Positions 55,303 through 64,000 of a stretch of DNA of 64,000 bases are shown here, one piece after another. Position numbers and translations under genes: made by a program. The stretch spans positions 131,614 to 195,613 of the forward strand of contig CAZPFW010000001.1 of the NCBI GenBank assembly GCA_964586065.1, given 5' to 3'. Under the pieces are notes generated by a model, which had not been told where the DNA came from, ran no database searches, and saw only the letters and a list, made by a program, of their open reading frames with translations. The stretch's first letter is position 1; each line of letters starts with the position of its first letter. The stretch is from an uncultured Candidatus Saccharibacteria bacterium (GTDB lineage: Bacteria > Patescibacteriota > Minisyncoccia > Minisyncoccales > CSSED10-335).

Positions 55303-56552
55303 GGAATGGGAAATATCTTACAGATTTCCTTAACCTCTTTTCTCACACTTTTACAAGTTCTTTCGTCTTTATCTCTTATAACCCTTGCAATCCATAGAGC
55401 AATTTTTTTCATCTCCCTTTCTTTCATCTTTCGAGTAGTAACGGCGGGAGTTCCAAGGCGAATTCCCGATGGCTTGAAGGGAGGATTAGGATCAAACGGA
55501 ATCGTATTCTTGTTAACTGTAATACCCGCTCTGTCTAAGAGATCTTGAGCTTCTTGTCCCGATAGTCCTTCTTTACTCAAGTCGACCACCATAAGATGGT
55601 TTTCGGTTCCCCCAGATACAAGGGAAAAACCAGAATCTTTAAGGTAATTGCCAAGAGCAATTGAGTTTTTAACTATCTGTTTTCCATAATCTTTAAACTC
55701 TTTAATGGAAGCTTCTTTTAAGGCAACTGCGATGGCCGCTATCTGATGCTCATGAGGTCCGCCTTGAAGTCCCGGGAAGATCGCTTTGTCAATTTTAGAC
55801 GGAAGATCCTTGTCTTTATCAATTCCTGACGGAGTTATCATTACAATCCCTCCTCTCGGGCCCCTGAGCGTCTTATGCGTGGTTGTAGTAACTATGTGAG
55901 CATAAGGAACCGGGCTGGGATGAACTCCGGCGACAACCAATCCTGCAATATGCGCTATGTCTGCGGCAAGAAATGCTCCTACGGAATCGGCCACTTCTCT
56001 AAATCTTTTCCAATCAATTATTTTCGGATATGCGGTCGTACCCGCCCAGATAAGACCGGGCTTCTCTTTCTTCGCCACTTTCAACATTTCGTCAAAATCG
56101 ATATTCCCGCCTCTTTTTTTAACGCCGTAAGAGATTGCTTTATAATATTTCCCGGAGAAATTAACTTTAAAGCCGTGAGTAAGATGCCCGCCAACCATAA
56201 GATCCATTCCCATAACCGTATCTCCCGGTTTGAGGGTTGCAAAATGAACTGCATGATTGGCCGGAGATCCCGAATAAGGTTGAACATTAACATACGGAAC
56301 TTTAAAAAGATCTTTTGCTCTCTCTTGGCAGATAAGCTCGACGCTGTCAATTATTCCACAGCCACCGTAATACCTCTTCCCAGGATAACCTTCGGCATAT
56401 TTGTCGTTTAAAATAGAACTTAATGCTTCTAATACCGCTGGAGAAGTATGGTTTTCCGAAGGGATCATTTCAAGCCCCTCTTCTCTCCTTTTCCTCTCCC
56501 CTTTAATTAAATCTGATATTTCTTTATCAACGCTTTTTAATCTCTTTGTCAT
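55299..56552 (-). CDS. glyA: serine hydroxymethyltransferase
   Basis: EMIPSENHTSPAV, YAEGYPGKRYYGGC, TTTTHKTLRGPRGG. Confidence 0.95.
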   Translation of the reverse strand: MTKRLKSVDKEISDLIKGERKRREEGLEMIPSENHTSPAVLEALSSILNDKYAEGYPGKRYYGGCGIIDSVELICQERAKDLFKVPYVNVQPYSGSPANHAVHFATLKPGDTVMGMDLMVGGHLTHGFKVNFSGKYYKAISYGVKKRGGNIDFDEMLKVAKKEKPGLIWAGTTAYPKIIDWKRFREVADSVGAFLAADIAHIAGLVVAGVHPSPVPYAHIVTTTTHKTLRGPRGGIVMITPSGIDKDKDLPSKIDKAIFPGLQGGPHEHQIAAIAVALKEASIKEFKDYGKQIVKNSIALGNYLKDSGFSLVSGGTENHLMVVDLSKEGLSGQEAQDLLDRAGITVNKNTIPFDPNPPFKPSGIRLGTPAVTTRKMKEREMKKIALWIARVIRDKDERTCKSVRKEVKEICKIFPIP

Positions 56553-57444
56553 ATATTTTCTCTCTTGCCATCTTTATCGCTCCAACCACCGGTCTGTTTT
56601 TGGAGATAATGAAATTGGCAAAAGACCCTTCTTTTTTAATTTCTCTCTCAAAAAAATAAACGAACGCTTTTGATTTAAACATCCCGCCAGATGCAATTAA
56701 TGGAAACTCTTTTCTGAATTTCAAAGATTTCTCTATAAAGTTAACCCTCCCAGCCAACTCATTAGCTCCCTCTTCCATTATCAACAATGCTGTCTTATCG
56801 CCCGCTTCAGCGGCAAGATCAACCGCAGTTGAGAGTTGAGGAACGGTAGTTGTCGGATCGGCATAGATCCATCTGTTTAATTCGTTTAGATCTTCATATC
56901 CGAAAATCTTGGTTATTAATGTCTTCTTATTCAGATCAATATGATTGATTATCGCTTGATAAGCTTTTTGTCCAACCCAAAAGGCTGAACCTTCATCTGC
57001 CAAATAACCTCGACCACCCGCTCTAATCTGATTTTCTCCTTTCCAACCTCTTACAACTGATCCAGTTCCGGCTATAACTAAAACACCGTCATTTTCATCA
57101 GTCGCCGCTCTGAAAGCAATCTCTTGATCTCCACCAAAGAGAATAGCTCTTTTATCAATGAACCCGGCAGAAGCAATCTTATCTGAAATTTTTTTAAGAC
57201 GTCCTGAATATTCTTCTTCGGCTGCCGCAATGGCGATATAAAGAGATGATAAACGAATATTCTTTCTGCCAATAGCTCTCTTAATGGAGAGTAAAATATT
57301 TTGGGCTGATTTGTCAATTCCTTGATTTCTTGGATTTGATGGCCCAGCCAAGCCTTGACCTAAAATCCTTCCGGAGATGTCCGAAAGAAGGCACTCTGTT
57401 TTAGTGCCCCCTCCATCTACTCCCGCTATAAAGAGTTCGTCCAT
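56527..57444 (-). CDS. BadF/BadG/BcrA/BcrD-type ATPase (N-acetylglucosamine-kinase-like)
   Basis: AGVDGGGTKTECLL phosphate-1 motif, AGTGS, and GG... of the ASKHA fold. Confidence 0.65.
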   Translation of the reverse strand: MDELFIAGVDGGGTKTECLLSDISGRILGQGLAGPSNPRNQGIDKSAQNILLSIKRAIGRKNIRLSSLYIAIAAAEEEYSGRLKKISDKIASAGFIDKRAILFGGDQEIAFRAATDENDGVLVIAGTGSVVRGWKGENQIRAGGRGYLADEGSAFWVGQKAYQAIINHIDLNKKTLITKIFGYEDLNELNRWIYADPTTTVPQLSTAVDLAAEAGDKTALLIMEEGANELAGRVNFIEKSLKFRKEFPLIASGGMFKSKAFVYFFEREIKKEGSFANFIISKNRPVVGAIKMAREKIYDKEIKKR

Positions 57445-57448
57445 CTTG

Positions 57449-58663
57449 TCAGTTAAATTGAGATCTTAAAATCACCTCTTTTCCAACATCTCCTTTCACA
57501 ATTGACCCTGGACCGATTATTGAATCGTTTCCGATAACCGTGCCCGGCATGATAGAGCAATTTATTCCGATACTTACTCTGTCCCCTATGATGGCTCCGA
57601 GCTTATTGAAACCGGAGTCAACCCTCTCTCCTTTTACGTTGACTTTTATATTCTTTTTATCAAATCTAAAATTGGCCAATATGGTCCCTCCTCCGATGTT
57701 AACCCGATCTCCTATGACCGAATCTCCGATATAAGTCAAATGAGGCAGATTTGTTTTCTCACCGATAACTGACGCTTTAACTTCGACTCCAGCACCTATG
57801 CGGCAATCTCTACCAATAACCGTTTTCTCCCTAATAAAAGCATTTGGACCGATTATAGCATCTTCACCAATATAGACCGGCCCTTCAATTCTCGTACCGC
57901 TTTTTATCAATGCACCTTTTTCTATCCTGACATTTCCAACAATAACGCAATTCTTTTCAATGTTTCCTTTAATGGATTTAGATTCTTTACCTACCATTAA
58001 TCGGTTAGCTTCTAAAAAATTCCACGGGTACGATATGGGGATCCAATTGCTTGTTGTTTTAAAATAAAGTCTCTCTTGTGTTATCAAGGCTTTGATGTAA
58101 TCGGTAAATTCAACTTCACCTCGCGGAGACTTCCCTATTGCGAAACTGAATATTGATTTATCCAGAAAATAGAGCCCCGTGTTAACTAAAGCGTCAGCCG
58201 GCGGGTTTTCCGGCTTTTCGGTTATGTTTTTGACAAAATTGTCATAACATTCAACAACCCCGAAAGACGATGGATTCTTTACTCTTCCGAGTAATATTGA
58301 CGGGTGTTTTTTAATGGTTGCCTTTACATCTTCTTTAAGATAAAGATCATCTCCATTTAATAAGATGAATTTATCATCAATCAGTTGAGCCGCCTTTTGG
58401 GCCGCATCTCCAGTTCCAAGTTGATCTTCTTGAACCACATATCTTACCCTTATCTTTCCGTATTTGTCACCTATCCTCTGTTTGATCATCTCACCCCTGT
58501 ATCCAATTACAATGATCACCTCTTTAACCACCCCTTGTAATTGATCTAAATTATGCTCAAGTATCGTCTTGTCTACAATTTTTAACAATGGCTTGGGTCG
58601 CTCAAAAGTCAAGGGTTGCATCCTGACTCCATTGCCTGCGGCTATTATTACGGCTTTTAACAT
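57449..58663 (-). CDS. bifunctional sugar-1-phosphate nucleotidyltransferase / left-handed beta-helix acyltransferase (archaeal-type GlmU-like)
   Basis: AVIIAAGNGVRMQPLT..RPKPLL and a C-terminal array of hexapeptide repeats (IG..V.IG...). Confidence 0.75.
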   Translation of the reverse strand: MLKAVIIAAGNGVRMQPLTFERPKPLLKIVDKTILEHNLDQLQGVVKEVIIVIGYRGEMIKQRIGDKYGKIRVRYVVQEDQLGTGDAAQKAAQLIDDKFILLNGDDLYLKEDVKATIKKHPSILLGRVKNPSSFGVVECYDNFVKNITEKPENPPADALVNTGLYFLDKSIFSFAIGKSPRGEVEFTDYIKALITQERLYFKTTSNWIPISYPWNFLEANRLMVGKESKSIKGNIEKNCVIVGNVRIEKGALIKSGTRIEGPVYIGEDAIIGPNAFIREKTVIGRDCRIGAGVEVKASVIGEKTNLPHLTYIGDSVIGDRVNIGGGTILANFRFDKKNIKVNVKGERVDSGFNKLGAIIGDRVSIGINCSIMPGTVIGNDSIIGPGSIVKGDVGKEVILRSQFN

Positions 58664-58685
58664 TGTTCTTTTTTAGATTATAAAC

Positions 58686-59630
58686 TTATAAACTCATTAA
58701 CGCTTTAACTAATTTTTTCGCATCATGAATAATGTCTCCGCGAGAATTAATCAAATCCATTCCAATAAATTTATCATTTTCACAATCAACGGCTAAAACC
58801 GGTTCTAATAATTCTGGACTTTTTTTCCTATACTCACCAACTCTTTTTGAAGAGATTTTCAAATTGTGATAGAGAACATAATCAATTGAACCTTCTATCA
58901 TCTCTTCTATTTTTTGAGTAAAATCAGATACTGAATAATCATCGGTTTCACCGTGCTTGGTCATTAAATTGGATATGTACACTTTCTTGGCCTTACTCCG
59001 ATTTATGCTTTGAGACATCCCTTTGGTCAAGAGAACTTGAGCCAATGAAGAGTAGAGATCGCCTGGACCTATGACTATCATGTCGGCTTTCTCAATCGCC
59101 TTAAGCGCCAAAGGATAAGCTTTCGCCTCCGGCTCAAGGAAAACTTTTTTAATTTTCAAGTACCCTTCGTGTTTGGGAATATCTATATTAGTCTCTCCAA
59201 TAATCTTTTTTCCGTTTTCTAAAATGGCGCAAACTTCGGATCGATCAAGAGTTGCGGGAAGCACCTCGTGTTCTATATTCAGAAGTTTTCTTATCTCTTT
59301 AATCGTCTCCTCGTAACTGTTTGTACTCAATTCTAAGGCGGTAATGAAAAGATTTGCAAAATTATGTCCTTTCAGGTCTCCGCCTTCAAATCTGAAATTA
59401 AAGAGATTTTCAACTATCGGTGAAGTATTGGCTAAAGCCAAAAGAGCTCTTCTTATATCCCCGGGAGAATTAATCTGATAGTCTTTTCTTAAACGCCCCG
59501 CCGATCCGCCAGAATCAAGCATTGCACAAATAGCAGAAATGGAAACAGGCTCTCTCTTGAGTTGAGATAAAACCGACCGAGGCATCGCATTACCTCCCCC
59601 GATACAAACAAATCTTCTCTTCTTAGGCAT
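58686..59630 (-). CDS. YvcK/CofD-family protein (UPF0052, gluconeogenesis-factor-like)
   Basis: CIGGGNAMP, DSGGSAGRLR, GPGDLYSS. Confidence 0.75.
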   Translation of the reverse strand: MPKKRRFVCIGGGNAMPRSVLSQLKREPVSISAICAMLDSGGSAGRLRKDYQINSPGDIRRALLALANTSPIVENLFNFRFEGGDLKGHNFANLFITALELSTNSYEETIKEIRKLLNIEHEVLPATLDRSEVCAILENGKKIIGETNIDIPKHEGYLKIKKVFLEPEAKAYPLALKAIEKADMIVIGPGDLYSSLAQVLLTKGMSQSINRSKAKKVYISNLMTKHGETDDYSVSDFTQKIEEMIEGSIDYVLYHNLKISSKRVGEYRKKSPELLEPVLAVDCENDKFIGMDLINSRGDIIHDAKKLVKALMSL

Positions 59631-60462
59631 AATCTTTTAAAAGTTTTCTCATTTCAACTTTCTCTTTGACACCATCTCTTAAGAAAGCTTCTTCTTCAAA
59701 TGATTTTTTGATTTCCTGATAAAAAATTCCGATCGGAATTCTTTTTTCGCTATTATAATCCCATTTGGATGCAAGAGTTAACGCTCTGTTTTTAGAAATT
59801 CCTTTTTCAGTCTCTATCTCGTAGACTGATTTGTTATACTTCTCAAGAGTATTATACCAAGTAATGCAGGGCTGGAGAACTTCAATAAAAGAAAATCCTT
59901 TATGCTTGATCCCTTTCTTTATCAAGTCGGTCAAATGTTCCATTTTTGAGCTGTATCCTCTGGCGACAAAAGTTGCTCCTGAAGCGATCATCAATTCCAA
60001 TGGGTTTATCGGTGTCTCTATGCTACCTTCCGGAGTTGAACTCCCTTTAAACCCTTTCGGACTTGTCGATGTGTACTGTTTTACCGTAAGGGCAAAGTTG
60101 TGATTGTCATGAATGATAACCGTGATATTGGTATTCCTTTTTGCTGTATGTATCAGATGAGCCATTCCTTCATTGTAAGAATCTCCGTCTCCGGAACAAC
60201 AAATAACGTCTAAGTTTGGATTGGCAATCTTGATTCCTTCCGCAAGAGAGACAGCTCTTCCATGAAGTCCGGAGAAGCTATTAATGTTAATGTAATCGGT
60301 AATTTTCCCGTGACATCCAATACCGCCGACAAGAACAAAGTTCTCTCTTTTCTTTCCCTCCTTCTCAATTTCCACTATCGCTTTCTTTAAAGATTTGAGT
60401 AGGGGAAAATTTCCGCATCCGGGACACCATGTATTTTTGGTGGGTAAATTTAAATTTTCCAT
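59623..60462 (-). CDS. 2-oxoacid:ferredoxin oxidoreductase beta subunit (TPP-binding)
   Basis: WCPGCG, GGIGCHG, CSGDGDSYNEG (GDG...N TPP motif). Confidence 0.85.
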   Translation of the reverse strand: MENLNLPTKNTWCPGCGNFPLLKSLKKAIVEIEKEGKKRENFVLVGGIGCHGKITDYININSFSGLHGRAVSLAEGIKIANPNLDVICCSGDGDSYNEGMAHLIHTAKRNTNITVIIHDNHNFALTVKQYTSTSPKGFKGSSTPEGSIETPINPLELMIASGATFVARGYSSKMEHLTDLIKKGIKHKGFSFIEVLQPCITWYNTLEKYNKSVYEIETEKGISKNRALTLASKWDYNSEKRIPIGIFYQEIKKSFEEEAFLRDGVKEKVEMRKLLKDYA

Positions 60463-60464
60463 TT

Positions 60465-62108
60465 TTAGATTTTAATTTTACTGATTAACTCTTTGGTAGT
60501 GAACAGCCTTCCCGTATATTTGAGAACGCTCTTTGATTCTATTCCGTAATATCTTAACAGTTGAGCCAATTGTCCTCTGTTGTTTGTCTCTACGGTTATT
60601 ATGCGACTAACTCCCAAGAGAGCTCTCTTTATCTGCTTCTCGGGAAATGGACTCATGATTAACGGTTGAATCATTTTAATATTCTTCTCTTTAGCAAACT
60701 CAATAGCGGCTCCCTTAACCGATCCCCAAGCAATGATCGCAGTTTTGGACTTCTTGTTTCCGTAAACCTTAACCGCTTTTATTTTAGAAATCTCCTTCTC
60801 AAGAGATCTAAACTTTCGAGATCTTTTGTCTTGCATCAACTTCGTTGTTTTTTCGTCTTCAATCGCTATACCAAACTCATCATGCTCATAGCTTGTTGCT
60901 TTTACAACGGCTCCTTTTTCTCCGGGAAAAGCGATTGGTGAAACTCCGTCTTTTGTTATCTTGAATCTCTTATACTCTCCCTTCCTATCCCAAAGAGACA
61001 ATTTCCCGGGAGTATACTTCTCTAAAGAATCAAGATCAAAAGAATAAGTACATTCAGCAAGATCTTTATCAGATAAGATAATCGATGGGATTTGATATCT
61101 CCAAGCAATATCCATGGTTAATTGGGTTAAGTAAAAAGCTTCTTCCGGATCTCCGGGAGCAACAACAAATCTGTCAAAATCACCGTGTCCAGCGGATAAT
61201 ACGTGAAAAAGATCCGACTGACCACCGTATGTTGGCAGACCGGTAGACGGTCCACTTCTTGAGATATTCACGACAACTAAAGGTATCTCCGCTTGAGCCG
61301 CAAAGCTCAATGCTTCATTCATAAGAGCAAATCCACCCCCGGATGTACCAATCATCACTCTGCTTCCGGCAAAAGCCGCTCCGATAGCGGCATTTGCAAC
61401 GGCGATTTCATTCTCCGGTTGAAAAACCTTTACTCCGTATTTTACTCCTTTTTGTGCCATGCAATTCAATATACTCGTGGCGGGTGTCATCGGATAAGCG
61501 AAGTAACTGTCAAGTCCAGCTTTCAAAGATCCTAAAACAATTGCACTATTTCCCGAAATAAGAGGTCTTTTATAAGAAGATAATTTTGGGATCTTCATCT
61601 TCACTTGAGCTGTTTTATAGGCTTCTTTTGCCACTAACAGATTCTTATCCGTTGCAACCTTCAATTCACTGATCAAGACTTTCTTTAATGTATTCCAATC
61701 AATTCCGACCGTTTTAGCAAAGGCACCTACCAGAGCGGTATTTTTCATTATCAGAAGGCCTCCGATATTTTTTGCAATTGTCTCGATTGGAAACCCATTC
61801 CCTCGATCAAATTCGAAAGCGTCGGAGTTATAGATCACCATGTCTTTGTCTTTCAATCTTTTAGTATGACGCTTTATTGTATCTTCATTGAAAGCAACCA
61901 ACAGATCTATCTCATCTCTGTGAGTTAAAACCTTTTCGTTTGAAGCTCTGATCAATGAGAAGTTATGTCCTCCTCGAATTACTGATTGATAATCTTCATG
62001 TATGTATATCTGATAACCATAGCTGGATAAAAGCTTGGCTATTATAAGTCCGGCTTTTTTTGATCCGTCTCCGGCAGATCCTCCAATAAGAATTGAATGC
62101 TCCTTCAT
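60465..62108 (-). CDS. 2-oxoacid:ferredoxin oxidoreductase alpha subunit with fused N-terminal gamma-like domain
   Basis: N-terminal IGGSAGDGSKKAG (gamma-type domain), then an alpha domain (YPMTPAT, GTSGGGFALM). Immediately upstream of beta. Confidence 0.85.
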   Translation of the reverse strand: MKEHSILIGGSAGDGSKKAGLIIAKLLSSYGYQIYIHEDYQSVIRGGHNFSLIRASNEKVLTHRDEIDLLVAFNEDTIKRHTKRLKDKDMVIYNSDAFEFDRGNGFPIETIAKNIGGLLIMKNTALVGAFAKTVGIDWNTLKKVLISELKVATDKNLLVAKEAYKTAQVKMKIPKLSSYKRPLISGNSAIVLGSLKAGLDSYFAYPMTPATSILNCMAQKGVKYGVKVFQPENEIAVANAAIGAAFAGSRVMIGTSGGGFALMNEALSFAAQAEIPLVVVNISRSGPSTGLPTYGGQSDLFHVLSAGHGDFDRFVVAPGDPEEAFYLTQLTMDIAWRYQIPSIILSDKDLAECTYSFDLDSLEKYTPGKLSLWDRKGEYKRFKITKDGVSPIAFPGEKGAVVKATSYEHDEFGIAIEDEKTTKLMQDKRSRKFRSLEKEISKIKAVKVYGNKKSKTAIIAWGSVKGAAIEFAKEKNIKMIQPLIMSPFPEKQIKRALLGVSRIITVETNNRGQLAQLLRYYGIESKSVLKYTGRLFTTKELISKIKI

Positions 62109-62124
62109 TGTTATTTTGTTTTAA

Positions 62125-63219
62125 TTATTCTAATATCACCGCTTTTGACAAGCTGCGTGGATTATCCGGGTCAAGTCCTTTGACAGCTGAAAGATAGTAA
62201 GCGAAAAGTTGAAGCGGAATTGATAATACAACCGGCAAAACTTCTTCGCTCACTGAAGGAATTCTGATAATATCGGGAGTCAAACCGTCAATCCTGCTGT
62301 CTCCATCGGTAGCCAAAACGATAAGATTTGCTTCTCTTTTCTTAAGATCTTCAATACTCAACAATGTCCTGTTTCTAATACTGTCGGACGGGGCCAAAAC
62401 AAACACCGGCAAATTCTTATCAATCAACGCTATGGGGCCATGCCTCAATTCCCCTATAGGAACAGCTTCGGCATGCACATATGACGTCTCTTTCATCTTT
62501 AGAGCTCCCTCCATTGCTATCGGATAACCATATCTTCCACCGGTAAAGATTATGTTGGAAAAATCTTTATACTTATCCGCTATCTTCTTTATGTTCGACG
62601 ATCTATTTAAGACCTCTTTAACGATTTTCGGTAATGCGATAATATCATTGATAAGAGCATCATTAATCACTCCTCCTCTCTTTTCTTTCAAGAAGAGAGA
62701 AAGAAAGAGAAGAATCATAATTTGAGACGTGAAAACTTTGGTCGAGGCGATGCTGATTTCAGATCCGGATTGATTATATAAGGTATAGTCTGTCAGCTTG
62801 GACAAGCTTGACCCTTTAACATTGGTTATTCCTATCGTTAAAGCTTCGCTTTTTTTGACTAAATCAAGCGCTCCCAGAAGATCGGATGTCTCACCAGATT
62901 GAGATATGAAAAGATAGACTTTATCATCATCAATCATCGGATTGCGATATTGAAATTCCGACGCCAATTCTACTCCCGCAGGAAAAGACGCCGCGTCCTC
63001 CAAGAGATATTTCCCTATCAATCCCGAATGATAAGAAGTACCACAAGCAATAATCTCAATCTTCTTGGAATGAAGTAATCTGTTCTCTATCTTGTCTATT
63101 CCGTCAAAAATCACTTTCCTTTGAGGAAATTTAGATTCTATCTCTTGAGATATCTTCTCATCTTGTTCCATTATCTCCTTTATCATGAAATGCGGATATT
63201 CTCCTTTCAGCTTGTACAT
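62125..63219 (-). CDS. GlmS-type sugar isomerase (two SIS domains) lacking the N-terminal glutaminase domain
   Basis: Starts at the GlmS linker (YPHFMIKEIMEQ), then ACGTSYH, ISQSGETSD and a GlmS-like C-terminal tail NPRSLSKAVILE. 364 aa with no Cys1 amidotransferase domain. Confidence 0.8.
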   Translation of the reverse strand: MYKLKGEYPHFMIKEIMEQDEKISQEIESKFPQRKVIFDGIDKIENRLLHSKKIEIIACGTSYHSGLIGKYLLEDAASFPAGVELASEFQYRNPMIDDDKVYLFISQSGETSDLLGALDLVKKSEALTIGITNVKGSSLSKLTDYTLYNQSGSEISIASTKVFTSQIMILLFLSLFLKEKRGGVINDALINDIIALPKIVKEVLNRSSNIKKIADKYKDFSNIIFTGGRYGYPIAMEGALKMKETSYVHAEAVPIGELRHGPIALIDKNLPVFVLAPSDSIRNRTLLSIEDLKKREANLIVLATDGDSRIDGLTPDIIRIPSVSEEVLPVVLSIPLQLFAYYLSAVKGLDPDNPRSLSKAVILE

Positions 63220-64000
63220 ATGATATTGATTAACTTATTCTCAACAAATATCGTTTTGATTACCTTCTTATCGTCTATCCATTTCTTTACTTTATCCCTT
63301 TGGAAAACAATCTCTTTAATCTCTTCCTCCCTCATATTCTTATCAATCTCTACCAGATCTCTGACTTTTCCGTTTATCTGAACAACAAAATTCACTTTTG
63401 GATCCTCGGCCATATCTGAATCGTAATCGGGCCATTTTTCAAGAATTATACTTTCTTTGTTACCTAAAGATTCCCATAACTCTTCCGTTATATGGGGAGC
63501 AAACGGATAAAATATCTTCAGAAATTCGGCAAAGTTACCTTTTGAAACCTCTTTTCTACTCCAATCGTTTATTAAAATCATGAATGCACTGACCGCCGTA
63601 TTGAATTTAAAATTATCTATGTCTTGGCTGACTTTCTTTATCGTCTTGTGAAGCAGCCTGTCGCAACCCTTGTCCTCATCTGTAACCTTCACCTTCCACA
63701 CTTTTTCCAAAAATCGTCTGACTCCGATAATTCCTTTTTCACTCCAAGAAGCCGACTCTTCAAACGGACCGATAAACATCTCGTACAAACGAAGAGCATC
63801 AGATCCGTAATTCTTTACCATTTCGTCGGGAGAAACAACGTTTCCTTTTGACTTTGACATCTTTTGTCCTCCCTCCGCCAAGATCAGTCCTTGGTTCTTT
63901 AACTTTTGAAAAGGCTCGACTGTTGAAACTTTACCGATGTCATATAAAAATTTATGCCAAAATCGAGCATAGAGCAGATGAAGCACTGCGTGCTCGGCTC
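63207..64000 (-). CDS. leuS: leucine--tRNA ligase, C-terminal part (5' end beyond window)
   Basis: The frame stays open to the window edge (..AEHAVLHLLYARFWHKFL). It has the KMSKSKGN class I signature and a C-terminal tRNA-binding domain. The track start at 63986 is an internal GTG. Confidence 0.9.
   Translation of the reverse strand, partial: AEHAVLHLLYARFWHKFLYDIGKVSTVEPFQKLKNQGLILAEGGQKMSKSKGNVVSPDEMVKNYGSDALRLYEMFIGPFEESASWSEKGIIGVRRFLEKVWKVKVTDEDKGCDRLLHKTIKKVSQDIDNFKFNTAVSAFMILINDWSRKEVSKGNFAEFLKIFYPFAPHITEELWESLGNKESIILEKWPDYDSDMAEDPKVNFVVQINGKVRDLVEIDKNMREEEIKEIVFQRDKVKKWIDDKKVIKTIFVENKLINIICTS

Noticed and set aside
55875-56411. 178-aa plus-strand ORF
   Set aside because: It is antisense to glyA, whose reading frame is unambiguous (TTTTHKTLRGPRGG). 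I rejected it as non-coding.
1-64000. Alternative genetic code (UGA recoding, as in some candidate phyla)
   Set aside because: All conserved genes are full-length under the standard code, and TGA serves as a stop (for example ddl at 50638-50640). Nothing requires recoding.
1-64000. Mobile elements, prophage, CRISPR arrays, rRNA genes
   Set aside because: I saw no transposase, integrase, capsid or terminase motifs, no inverted terminal repeats, no regular repeat-spacer arrays, and no rRNA-like conserved sequence in any spacer.

Overview
A 64-kb, AT-rich, very gene-dense window in which almost every gene lies on the minus strand. Its core is a complete bacterial ribosomal-protein supercluster, running from rpsL-rpsG-fusA-tuf through the S10, spc and alpha blocks to rplM-rpsI. 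I added rpmJ by hand. No L30 gene lies between rpsE and rplO. A five-gene block (GT2, GalT-like, tpiA, alaS, one unknown membrane protein) sits between map and infA. The flanks encode cell-envelope and division functions (two mreB paralogs, murA, ddl, a MurF-like ligase, PAP2, rseP). They also carry an Fe-S/tRNA-thiolation operon (iscR-iscS-iscU-mnmA-...-thiI), C1 metabolism (folD, glyA), amino-sugar genes, a two-subunit 2-oxoacid:ferredoxin oxidoreductase and the 3' part of leuS. The missing L30, truncated or minimal enzymes and extended r-proteins suggest, by inference only, a reduced Patescibacteria/CPR-type genome using the standard code. I found two tRNAs (Pro-GGG, Leu-CAA). I found no rRNA, CRISPR array, transposase, integrase or prophage signature. 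The most interesting items are listed in order. (1) An orphan TraD/VirD4-like membrane ATPase operon with acidic, coiled-coil and zinc-ribbon partners at about 39.8-44.3 kb. (2) A promoter-to-terminator defined, highly structured candidate sRNA at about 36.87-37.05 kb. (3) A radical-SAM plus ATP-cone/PD-(D/E)XK gene pair embedded in the tRNA-thiolation operon. (4) A GatA homolog lacking two of its three catalytic residues, and a GlmS homolog lacking its glutaminase domain. (5) An NMP-kinase/LOG/secreted ComEC-type MBL trio that may serve nucleotide salvage. All functional calls come from reading motifs by eye; no database search was run.
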